A DNA stretch of 64,000 nt from positions 6,780 to 70,779 of the forward strand of contig JACJZP010000011.1 of assembly GCA_020635535.1 (NCBI GenBank), written 5' to 3'. Both the position numbers and the translations under genes were made by a program. Positions 56,050 through 64,000 of the stretch are shown here, piece after piece. Source of the stretch: Flavobacteriales bacterium (GTDB taxonomy: Bacteria > Bacteroidota > Bacteroidia > UBA10329). Below the pieces are notes generated by a model, which had not been told where the DNA came from, did no database searches, and worked only from the letters and a program-made list of their open reading frames with translations. The number at the start of each line of letters is the position of its first letter. Position 1 is the first letter of the stretch.

Positions 56050-56050
56050 T

Positions 56051-57295
56051 TTGCTACCACCAACAAAACTGTTCCGTTCGGGTTACGGTTGTAATGCCCA
56101 CCTTTGCGGCCATCCATCCATGACCAAACAACTTTCCTACTTGCTGGCGTTTGTCAAGTTCACGCACATCATGGATTTCATGATCATGATGCCGCTTGGC
56201 CCACAGCTTGAGCGTATTTGGGAAATCACCGCCCAGGAATTCGGGCTGTTGGTTGCCGCATACACGTTCAGTGCTGGTATAGTTGGGTTGCTCGGTTCGT
56301 TCTTTATGGACCGCTTCGACCGTAAGCATGCGCTGTTGTTTCTGTACACGGGTTTCCTGATCGGGACGTTTGCCTGCGCCATTTCCAATACATACGAGAT
56401 GCTGCTCATTGCGCGCTGTGGAACTGGGGCTTTCGGTGGCCTGCTTGGTGCCACGGTACTTTCCATTGTTGGCGACCTGACACCGCTTGAAAAACGCTCC
56501 GAGACCATGGGGGTAATCATGGCGGCTTTCTCTGCGGCTTCTGTTTTCGGTGTTCCGTTCGGGTTGTTCTTGGCCAATCAGTTCGGCTGGCAATCCCCAT
56601 TCATTTTCTTAGGCGTGGTAGGCATTCCAGTATTGTTTACCAGCATTAAGATGATGCCGAACGTACAGGGTCATATTTCCAAGGCGCAGCAAAACCCAAT
56701 GATGCTGTTCTCGGAAATGATCGTTAAGCGCAACGCACTGACCGCGCACGTTTTCATTGTTCTGTTGATGTTGGGCCAGTTCAGTGTCATCACATTCATT
56801 GCGCCCTACATGGTTTCCAATGTCGGTTTTACCGAAGGTGAGCTGGCCTACATTTATTTGGCCGGTGGTTTTGTGACCTTCTTCTCATCGCCTTGGTTCG
56901 GAAAGTTGGCCGACAAGCACGGGCAATTCAAATTCTTTGTGGCTGTAACGCTATTGTCGTTGATTCCGCTTTGGATCATCACCAATTTGCCCAAGATGAA
57001 TCTTTACGCGGTTATTGTCATCACAAGTTTCATGTTCATTCTAATCTCTGGTAGGATTATTCCGGCAATGACCATGATTACCTCAAGTGTGCGACCAGAA
57101 AGGCGCGGTGGGTTTATGAGCATCAATTCTGCCATTCAACAGTTAGGTGCTGGAACTGCAAGTTATGTGGCGGGAGTAATTGTGGTGAAAACGGCCTCTG
57201 GCGAGTATCAGGACTATGACCTTGTCGGATACTTGGCCATTACCGCTTCAATTATTGCCATACTGATTGCCAGCAGGTTGCGCGCGGTTTCTTAA
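56051..57295 (+). CDS. MFS transporter (probable start 56123)
   Basis: 12 hydrophobic segments. MFS loop motif DRFDRKHALL (D-R-x-x-R-K-like) between TM2 and TM3. Confidence 0.75.
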   Translation: MLPPTKLFRSGYGCNAHLCGHPSMTKQLSYLLAFVKFTHIMDFMIMMPLGPQLERIWEITAQEFGLLVAAYTFSAGIVGLLGSFFMDRFDRKHALLFLYTGFLIGTFACAISNTYEMLLIARCGTGAFGGLLGATVLSIVGDLTPLEKRSETMGVIMAAFSAASVFGVPFGLFLANQFGWQSPFIFLGVVGIPVLFTSIKMMPNVQGHISKAQQNPMMLFSEMIVKRNALTAHVFIVLLMLGQFSVITFIAPYMVSNVGFTEGELAYIYLAGGFVTFFSSPWFGKLADKHGQFKFFVAVTLLSLIPLWIITNLPKMNLYAVIVITSFMFILISGRIIPAMTMITSSVRPERRGGFMSINSAIQQLGAGTASYVAGVIVVKTASGEYQDYDLVGYLAITASIIAILIASRLRAVS

Positions 57296-57963
57296 GCGTA
57301 ACGCTGATCAATGGCGAATTTCTCAGGGTGCTTGGGCGCAATGTCTTTGTAAAATGCCATGATCTTTCTGAGATCGGCATCCATATCGCCAGAAGGATGA
57401 ATGATCGGTCCTACGCCAGCGTGTTTGCGCTTGTAATCCAAATAGCCCAATGCAATTGGAACACCAGCCCCAACCGCTACATGATAAAAGCCGGTTTTCC
57501 ATTCGGTTCTTAACGAACGCGTTCCCTCAGGCGTAACCATCATGGCCAGCGTTTGATGTTCATCAAACAACTCGATCATAGCTTCGGTCATGCTTTTGCG
57601 AGGTTCGCCCGGTTGCTTCGGACTGCGGTCAATTCCCAAACCGCCCATTGCTTTAACCAACCAACCGAAAGGCGGACGCAACCATTCTTTCTTGATGGTG
57701 AACCGCAACGGAATTCCCATCAGGTAAAAAGCGGCTCGTGCGTAAACCAGGTCCCAGTTACTCGTATGAGGAGAGGCTATGATAACACAGCGTTGAACTT
57801 CAGGAGGAATGTTTTGATTGTCATCCTTGGTCCAGCCGCTGAGGAAAAAGATGAGTTTAGAAATAATGGTTCCCATGCGGCCAAATGTAGTAACCGTGTG
57901 GTTTTGACAATTGATGTTACTCCAAAAGCAACTGCGTAACAAATCTGTCGGTCTCTTCCACAA
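57292..57963 (-). CDS. 1-acyl-sn-glycerol-3-phosphate acyltransferase-like protein
   Basis: HTSNWD (HX4D) and PEGTR motifs. Confidence 0.7.
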   Translation of the reverse strand: MWKRPTDLLRSCFWSNINCQNHTVTTFGRMGTIISKLIFFLSGWTKDDNQNIPPEVQRCVIIASPHTSNWDLVYARAAFYLMGIPLRFTIKKEWLRPPFGWLVKAMGGLGIDRSPKQPGEPRKSMTEAMIELFDEHQTLAMMVTPEGTRSLRTEWKTGFYHVAVGAGVPIALGYLDYKRKHAGVGPIIHPSGDMDADLRKIMAFYKDIAPKHPEKFAIDQRYA

Positions 57964-59146
57964 ACTCGCTATAGTACTCGCCTGTTCCAGGGCCAGAAAA
58001 GCCTGTATGAATTCGCCTTACCTTTCCTTTCCTATCAATGAAAATTGCTGTTGGAAACGATAGCACATGGTTGAGCATAGGCAGTTTTTCAGAGGCTTCT
58101 TGCTTACTTGCCTTTCCTGCAAGCAGAAGCTCGTATGGAATACTGAAATGATCTTTCAACCGCTGTAGGGAATGCAGGTTGGTTTCCTTGTTGTCACTTT
58201 TTTCAAAAGCCAGAGAGATGATCTCCAATCCTTGCGGATTAAGCTTTTGATATAGGGATACCAGATAGGCGGTTTCGTCCATGCAGTTCGGACACCAGCT
58301 TCCCATCAACTGCACTATAACGACCTTATCTTGATACTGGGAATCACTGAGAGCTATGGTCTTCCCTTCCATATTCTCAAAAGCAAACTCCAGATTCTGA
58401 TAACCACTTTTCAAATAAGTGACCGCATTCGGATCAGGCAGTTCAAAATTCTCATCCCGTTCTCCGGTCCAGTTTTCCTGCCAATGAGTTCCAGACCAGA
58501 AGTCTCCGTAGATCCTGTCTCCATCGATCTTCGCCTTGAACAGAAAAACATGCGAACCATCAAAACACGAGAGAAACAGACTATCCCCTACAACATTTCC
58601 CTCCAAATAGCGGTAATCGCCCGTGGTAGTTAAAAACGTGCCTGTTGCATCATTGCCCTTTTGTTGGAAGTCACCGATGGCCATATAGGCATTATCGCTA
58701 TCAGGGCTGAATTGGACCCGCCACTTACCCACCACGCTAACTTCAGCTGGTTCGGGTGCACTGAATCTGGTTTGAAATTCACGTGAGGCCAAGAATGGTA
58801 TCTGATAATCTCCATTACGTGAATAATCGAAATAGCTTCCTTCAATGCCACCATCCTTAAACTTGCCAATAAGGGCAGTATTGAAAATGGGTAATCGAAT
58901 AAAAATACTGTCTCCCTTAATCTCAAAGACATCCGCACGGATACGTTCTTCACCGTTGATTGCAAAGAACTGCAGCTTACCCTCATTCTGAACTATTTCC
59001 GCATTGAACGGAAGGGTTTCTGCATGTATTTGGAACCTGAAAAGCCAGTTACCGACCAATTCTTCGGTAAGATTCCTTTGCGAGCAACCAGAGAAACACA
59101 GTAATGCCAGGCCAGCCCAAACAGCCCTAACTTTCAATGAACTCAC
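57917..59146 (-). CDS. TlpA-like thiol-disulfide oxidoreductase (redoxin/AhpC-TSA fold) lipoprotein
   Basis: C-terminal thioredoxin fold with WCPNC active site. N-terminal lipobox LCFSGC. Confidence 0.75.
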   Translation of the reverse strand: MSSLKVRAVWAGLALLCFSGCSQRNLTEELVGNWLFRFQIHAETLPFNAEIVQNEGKLQFFAINGEERIRADVFEIKGDSIFIRLPIFNTALIGKFKDGGIEGSYFDYSRNGDYQIPFLASREFQTRFSAPEPAEVSVVGKWRVQFSPDSDNAYMAIGDFQQKGNDATGTFLTTTGDYRYLEGNVVGDSLFLSCFDGSHVFLFKAKIDGDRIYGDFWSGTHWQENWTGERDENFELPDPNAVTYLKSGYQNLEFAFENMEGKTIALSDSQYQDKVVIVQLMGSWCPNCMDETAYLVSLYQKLNPQGLEIISLAFEKSDNKETNLHSLQRLKDHFSIPYELLLAGKASKQEASEKLPMLNHVLSFPTAIFIDRKGKVRRIHTGFSGPGTGEYYSEFVEETDRFVTQLLLE

Positions 59147-59681
59147 TTTCTATGGAGTATTCGGAATCGAACAGATAGCTCACCGAGAGTTTGCCTTTCA
59201 TCATGTAGCCCTCGCCCGTTGTGAAATAGAGACTTTGGTCTGATTGATAAAGGAAGTTCTTAGACCTGCGGTCCACTGTTACTTTCAAACACTGACGGGT
59301 GTCTTTGTCAATGGTTATGACCACATTTTTTACCGGAATCTGCTTGTTCTCTGTTTTGAACGTAATAACATATTCCCGTTCCAGGTCAATTGTGTCAACC
59401 CTGAACTCACCCCTCCAAGCAGGTCGGTTAATGTCTGATTCAATAAAAAGGTCGAGCTCTTCCTCCCAATCAACGTCTCCACGCTCAATAATGTGCTCAT
59501 GGCCATCTTTTGTTACATGCTTTCTTACCCACTGACCCTTGCTGCTCAGGCTCTGAATCTGCCGGTTAATGAATGAAGGAAGGTCGTAATAGTAACGGTC
59601 ATTCGCATAGTACACCTCGGTTGGATCCTTCTTACAGGAAACGAACATGCAAAGGAGTGATATGTAAACGATACGATTCAA
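59127..59681 (-). CDS. hypothetical lipoprotein
   Basis: Lipobox LCMFVSCKK. Confidence 0.4.
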   Translation of the reverse strand: MNRIVYISLLCMFVSCKKDPTEVYYANDRYYYDLPSFINRQIQSLSSKGQWVRKHVTKDGHEHIIERGDVDWEEELDLFIESDINRPAWRGEFRVDTIDLEREYVITFKTENKQIPVKNVVITIDKDTRQCLKVTVDRRSKNFLYQSDQSLYFTTGEGYMMKGKLSVSYLFDSEYSIESEFIES

Positions 59682-59687
59682 ATACTA

Positions 59688-61247
59688 TCAGATATCGAAT
59701 TTGATTCCTTGTGCCAATGGCAATTCGGTACTGTAATTTATGGTATTTGTTTGTCTTCTCATGTAAACTTTCCAAGCATCAGAGCCAGATTCTCTTCCAC
59801 CGCCAGTTTCCTTCTCTCCTCCAAAAGCTCCTCCGATCTCAGCTCCAGATGTTCCAATGTTCACATTTGCAATGCCGCAATCCGATCCCGAATAAGACAG
59901 GAATAACTCTGCTTGGCGCAAGTTTGTTGTCATTATAGCAGATGAAAGTCCTTGGTCAACTCCGTTCTGAATGGCAATCGCCTCCTCAATGGTACTGTAC
60001 TTCAACAGATACAAGATAGGTGCAAAGGTTTCCTGCTGTACGATCTTGAAATGATTCTGAGCCTCGGCAATGGCTGGTTTTACGTAGCAGCCGCTTTCGT
60101 AACCCTCTCCTGTTAGCACACCACCATCAACCAGCATTTTTCCTCCTTCGGCTTTTACTTGCTCAATGGCGTTGAGGTAGGCTTCAACGGCCTGACGGTC
60201 AATCAACGGGCCAACATGGTTGTTCTGATCCAATGGGTCGCCAATGCGCAGTTGGCCATAGGCTTTGACCAGGCTGTTCTTCACATCCTCGTAAATGCTG
60301 TCATGAATAATGAGTCTTCTCGTACTCGTGCATCGCTGTCCGCATGTGCCCACCGCTCCGAAGAGCGAACCGACAATGGCAATGTTCAGATCTGCATTTT
60401 CGGTAATGATAACCGCATTGTTTCCACCTAATTCAAGCAGCGTTTTACCCAAGCGAGATCCAACGGCTGCGGCAACTTTTTTGCCCATTCTAATAGAACC
60501 TGTAGCCGAGATCAATGGAACACGCTTGTCAGCCGTCATCATTTCACCAACCGTGTAATCGCCTTGAATGATGCAGCTTACGCCTTCTGGAACATCATTT
60601 TTCTTGAACACTTCTTTGATGATATTCTGACACGCAATGGCAGAAACAGGAGACTTCTCTGAAGGCTTCCACACACAAACATCTCCACAAACCCAGGCCA
60701 ACATGGTATTCCAACTCCATACTGCTACTGGGAAATTGAATGCTGAGATGATGCCAACAATACCCAGCGGATGGTATTGCTCATACATTCGGTGCAATGG
60801 TCGCTCCGAATGCATGGTCAGGCCATAAAGTTGGCGCGAGAGTCCAACGGCAAAGTCGCAGATATCGATCATTTCCTGCACTTCGCCCAAGCCTTCCTGA
60901 AGACTCTTGCCCATCTCAAAAGACACCAGTTTACCAAGGGGCTCTTTCTTCTCACGAAGGGCTTCACCGATCTGGCGCACAACCTCACCACGCTTCGGGG
61001 CTGGCCATTTACGCCATTCCTCAAAGGCTTTTTCAGCAGTTGCAATAACCGTGTTGTAATCTTCTTGTCCGCAAGAACCTACTGAAGCCACAAGGCTGGC
61101 ATCTACTGGAGAATAGGATCCGATTGGTTCTCCGCTTCCTTTGCCCTCTTTGGCTCCGGTCGAAAATCCAAAATTCAATTCTTTGATGTTAAGTGCTTTG
61201 AGAACCTCCTCAATTCCTGTTCCCGTGTTCGACAATACCTCTGGCAT
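59688..61247 (-). CDS. aldehyde dehydrogenase, ALDH7 (alpha-aminoadipic semialdehyde / piperideine-6-carboxylate dehydrogenase-like) family
   Basis: Blocks PAPKRGEVVRQIGEALREK and EVQEMIDICDFAVGLSRQ...GIISAFNFPVAV match the ALDH7A1 family closely. Catalytic Cys region GTCGQRCTS. Confidence 0.85.
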   Translation of the reverse strand: MPEVLSNTGTGIEEVLKALNIKELNFGFSTGAKEGKGSGEPIGSYSPVDASLVASVGSCGQEDYNTVIATAEKAFEEWRKWPAPKRGEVVRQIGEALREKKEPLGKLVSFEMGKSLQEGLGEVQEMIDICDFAVGLSRQLYGLTMHSERPLHRMYEQYHPLGIVGIISAFNFPVAVWSWNTMLAWVCGDVCVWKPSEKSPVSAIACQNIIKEVFKKNDVPEGVSCIIQGDYTVGEMMTADKRVPLISATGSIRMGKKVAAAVGSRLGKTLLELGGNNAVIITENADLNIAIVGSLFGAVGTCGQRCTSTRRLIIHDSIYEDVKNSLVKAYGQLRIGDPLDQNNHVGPLIDRQAVEAYLNAIEQVKAEGGKMLVDGGVLTGEGYESGCYVKPAIAEAQNHFKIVQQETFAPILYLLKYSTIEEAIAIQNGVDQGLSSAIMTTNLRQAELFLSYSGSDCGIANVNIGTSGAEIGGAFGGEKETGGGRESGSDAWKVYMRRQTNTINYSTELPLAQGIKFDI

Positions 61248-61293
61248 ACCATTGATTTTAAGTGATGTGGCAAAGGTAGCAATTCGGGCTGCT

Positions 61294-61341
61294 GGAAATG
61301 TCGGGAAACAAATACCCCCACCGAGTCAGCCGAAGCATCAT
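61294..61341 (-). terminator. hairpin + U-tract on the minus strand between the PAS-protein gene and the ALDH7 gene
   Basis: Minus-strand RNA CCCCCAUCG-[19 nt incl. GCUUCGGC]-CGGUGGGGG followed by UAUUUGUUU. Confidence 0.4.
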
Positions 61342-61441
61342 GCGATGGGGGTGAAACCAGGAATTGGAACTGTCCTTCAAAGTTAGAACATCAATTCGAA
61401 CTTTCACGATTTATTTTCACTTTTTTTCGATGAATGGGCAA

Positions 61442-61843
61442 TTACGACCTTTCAAAGGTTAAAACGAGTATAAACTCGAGCCCACTGGGGTCTTTTACCT
61501 GTCTACTGAAACTGGTTACCTCTTTGAACTTTCCATTGGGCATTTTTAGACGATAATCGACCATATCAATATCTGGGCGAACGGTCACTTTAGCATGAGA
61601 TTTCAGGATGGTCTGAAAATCATCCGGATGGAAATAGTCGTAAGGCGAATTGCCAATAAGATCCTTTGGTTTATAACCGATCAGTGTTTCACAGGTTTTG
61701 GAAACGGCATTATATATCCCGTTAGGGTCATGTGTTGAGACCATGGCATTTTCTGCACCACACGAAGCAATGAACTCATCGGCCTCTGCTCGGCTTTTAA
61801 TTTGAAAAAAGCGCTCTTCGAGTTTCTTAAGATCTGTAATCAT
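61442..61843 (-). CDS. PAS-domain protein (single-domain sensor)
   Basis: PAS-fold length and motifs (IGYKPKDLIGNSPYDYFHPDD). Confidence 0.55.
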   Translation of the reverse strand: MITDLKKLEERFFQIKSRAEADEFIASCGAENAMVSTHDPNGIYNAVSKTCETLIGYKPKDLIGNSPYDYFHPDDFQTILKSHAKVTVRPDIDMVDYRLKMPNGKFKEVTSFSRQVKDPSGLEFILVLTFERS

Positions 61844-61962
61844 GCTTTAGCTGATTGTAAAACTACTCCACAATTCCGTGTTGAAAAAAACGGCTTTAGA
61901 ACAAAGTTATAACCTGACATCCGAGGTTCAAAACAGTACATTTCGAATAGATTCAAAACTGC

Positions 61963-63297
61963 ATGGCCAAAAAGAAAGAGGAGCGCAAGATATTTGTGTT
62001 AGATACATCGGTGATCATTTACGATCATAACGCGATCAACGAATTTGATGAACATGATGTAGCCATTCCGATAACGGTTCTTGAAGAGCTCGACAACTTC
62101 AAGAAAGGGAATGACACCAAGAATTTCGCGGCACGCCAATTTATCCGACTATTGGATGATATGGCTGGAACCAAGACGCTTCAGCAATGGATTCCGTTGA
62201 AGGGAACAAAAAAGGGCTCTTTCAAGGTGATCATGAACGGAATTGGAAAAGTTGATGCAACCAAGGTATTTGCTGATGATAAGGCAGATCATAAGATCCT
62301 GAACTCTGCATTGGCGCTACAGGCTGAATTCACCGACAGGAAGGTGGTGCTTGTAAGTAAGGACATCAACCTGCGACTGAAGGCCAAGTCACTTAACATA
62401 TTCGCTGAAGACTACGAGACAGGAAAGATCAAGGATGTGGATGCCATTTACAAAGGCGAAAGCACCGTTGAAGGAATCAGTTCGTCCGTTATCAACGACC
62501 TGTATCAAGATGGCACCTGTGATCCGAATGATGTTGGATTGAAAGATGCTCCGCTCAATCATTACTACATTCTCAAAAACGGGAAAAAGTCGGCATTGGT
62601 GCATAATAACCCAGAGACCGGCCTGTTGCATCGGATCGAGAAAACCACTGCTTACGGAATACGCCCTTTGAATGCTGAACAGGTTTTTGCCCTGCACGCC
62701 ATACTCGACCCGAATGTGAAGTTGGTGACGCTACAAGGTGTGGCCGGAACGGGAAAGACACTTCTTGCCCTGGCCGGAGCCATGGAACAGAAACGGGATT
62801 ACCGCCAGATCTTCCTCGCGCGGCCAATCGTTCCGCTGAGCAACAAAGACATAGGCTATTTGCCCGGTGACATTAAGAGTAAGATCAACCCCTACATGGA
62901 ACCGCTTTGGGATAACCTGAAATTCATTCAGAACCAGTTTCCAGAAAAAGGCAAAGAGGCCAAACAGATTCAGCAAATGGTGGAGCAGGAAAAACTGCTG
63001 ATCACTCCGCTTGCATACATCCGTGGGCGCAGTCTGTCCAATATCTTCTTCATAATTGATGAGGCGCAGAACCTGACACCGCATGAAGTGAAGACCATCA
63101 TTACACGCGCTGGAGAGAACACCAAGATCGTCTTTACGGGAGATATCTTCCAGATCGATACGCCTTACCTCGATACGCAGAGTAACGGTCTATCGTACTT
63201 GATCGAGAAGGTGAAAGGAAACAAGCTTTGTGCTCATGTAACCCTTGAAAAGGGTGAGCGCTCTGAGTTGGCCAATTTGGCAAACGAGCTTCTATAA
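61963..63297 (+). CDS. PhoH2: PIN-domain + PhoH-like P-loop ATPase
   Basis: N-terminal PIN (VLDTSVII...LEELD). Walker A GVAGTGKT. C-terminal PhoH block (FIIDEAQN, GDIFQID). Confidence 0.85.
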   Translation: MAKKKEERKIFVLDTSVIIYDHNAINEFDEHDVAIPITVLEELDNFKKGNDTKNFAARQFIRLLDDMAGTKTLQQWIPLKGTKKGSFKVIMNGIGKVDATKVFADDKADHKILNSALALQAEFTDRKVVLVSKDINLRLKAKSLNIFAEDYETGKIKDVDAIYKGESTVEGISSSVINDLYQDGTCDPNDVGLKDAPLNHYYILKNGKKSALVHNNPETGLLHRIEKTTAYGIRPLNAEQVFALHAILDPNVKLVTLQGVAGTGKTLLALAGAMEQKRDYRQIFLARPIVPLSNKDIGYLPGDIKSKINPYMEPLWDNLKFIQNQFPEKGKEAKQIQQMVEQEKLLITPLAYIRGRSLSNIFFIIDEAQNLTPHEVKTIITRAGENTKIVFTGDIFQIDTPYLDTQSNGLSYLIEKVKGNKLCAHVTLEKGERSELANLANELL

Positions 63298-64000
63298 TCT
63301 ACCGCCAAGCACAGTGGAAAGCTTGTGAACGGCCTTGTCACCGTTTTCGCTGAACGCTTCAAATAAAATAATGTACGCTCCAATGCGAGCTTTCTCGCCC
63401 TTATCGGTTGTGCCATCCCATGTGTAGGTTCCTTCTGTAGCTAAAAGTTCATTCGTGGCCAGTTGTCGGGTTGGCCGTCCGTTTGAATCATAGATTCTGA
63501 TGGTTCCGACAAACCCCGGGCCTGAAAAACTGTAATTGATGTTCAGCACATCGTTGTATCCGTCCTGATCAGGTGAGAAAATTTCTGGTTCCAAACTCAC
63601 TTCGCCTACTGCCTCGCCAGTGGGGAAATACTGCGAGTTTTCCAGGCCCGGTGTTCCGAATCCGACCGTTTGAGCGGCAGAATGCCAATTGCCCATATCG
63701 TTTACCGGTCGATTTACATCCAGACGTTCAAGCGACACGCCATCCACATCATCCAGCAATGGGAAATGCATGTCTTCTGTGTAAGAGAATGATTCCGTTA
63801 CGATTGAATCCATATTCAGAAGATACACCGTGCCTGAATCATTGTTGTAGGACGGAAGATCGGCCTCAATGAAATTGTTGATGCCGTGCTGGATGTAGTT
63901 CATCATTACATCCGAAGTGTCTTCTGTAATCAACACATATCCACTGGCTGCAACTGAATAATTTGTGGTAATGATGGTTCGCAGGCTGCTAATACCATCT
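63292..64000 (-). CDS. C-terminal part of a large protein with T9SS type-B (CHU_C-like) sorting domain; N-terminus lies beyond window end
   Basis: FSPDQDGYNDVLNINYSF...IRIYDSNGRPT...GTYTWDGTTDKGEKARIGAYIILFEAF matches the gliding-motility/T9SS type-B CTD. The reading frame stays open to position 64000. Confidence 0.6.
   Translation of the reverse strand, partial: DGISSLRTIITTNYSVAASGYVLITEDTSDVMMNYIQHGINNFIEADLPSYNNDSGTVYLLNMDSIVTESFSYTEDMHFPLLDDVDGVSLERLDVNRPVNDMGNWHSAAQTVGFGTPGLENSQYFPTGEAVGEVSLEPEIFSPDQDGYNDVLNINYSFSGPGFVGTIRIYDSNGRPTRQLATNELLATEGTYTWDGTTDKGEKARIGAYIILFEAFSENGDKAVHKLSTVLGGRL

Noticed and set aside
61248-61441. Lysine riboswitch upstream of the ALDH7-family gene
   Set aside because: I could not recognise the conserved L-box helices by eye, and lysine riboswitches normally control biosynthesis or transport rather than catabolism. 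Only a generic hairpin is reported.
1-64000. CRISPR arrays, rRNA/tRNA genes, IS elements/integrases
   Set aside because: I scanned the intergenic regions of 70 nt or more and all large ORFs. There are no spacer-repeat periodicity, no tRNA-like T-loop/acceptor structures, and no transposase or integrase motifs. The only repeats are the 15-nt direct repeats at 27702-27757 and local hairpins.

Overview
This 64-kb window is chromosomal DNA from a Bacteroidota-type genome. Evidence for that placement: T9SS C-terminal sorting domains, TAnnTTTG-like -7 promoter motifs, roughly 48-50% GC, and many ATGA/TGATG start-stop couplings. I saw no rRNA, tRNA, CRISPR array, transposase or integrase. The window contains, in order: the 3' end of a molybdenum-cofactor operon (moaD tail, moeB, moaE, moaC-mogA fusion, moaA); three TonB-dependent receptors with CarboxypepD_reg-type N-termini, two of them close paralogues; four two-component systems; a kynurenine-pathway module (3-hydroxyanthranilate 3,4-dioxygenase plus aldehyde dehydrogenase plus SDR); uvrC; a roughly 2000-aa alpha-2-macroglobulin-family gene; thiolase, an Rrf2 regulator and hflX; tandem amidohydrolase-family modules; a type II TA pair with a PIN toxin; a phosphorus-scavenging cluster (EEP-family protein, TonB receptor, Tat-PhoX, PhoD-like, TonB receptor); a dual-ATPase ABC protein, OmpA-family, MFS, acyltransferases, TlpA-like redoxin, ALDH7-family dehydrogenase and PhoH2. 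The most interesting locus is at 26.2-30.2 kb. A LytS/LytTR two-component system sits directly upstream of a prokaryotic viperin (radical-SAM, strong similarity to eukaryotic viperin). That viperin is fused in-frame to a cytidylate-kinase-like P-loop domain. It is followed by an internally duplicated protein of unknown function and a 43-aa disordered ORF with its own terminator. Three 21-bp-phased direct repeats lie in the LytTR-to-viperin intergenic region. Many genes between 20 and 40 kb carry -1 frame breaks, and each looks like one missing base in a short homopolymer. From sequence alone I cannot tell assembly artefact from genuine decay.
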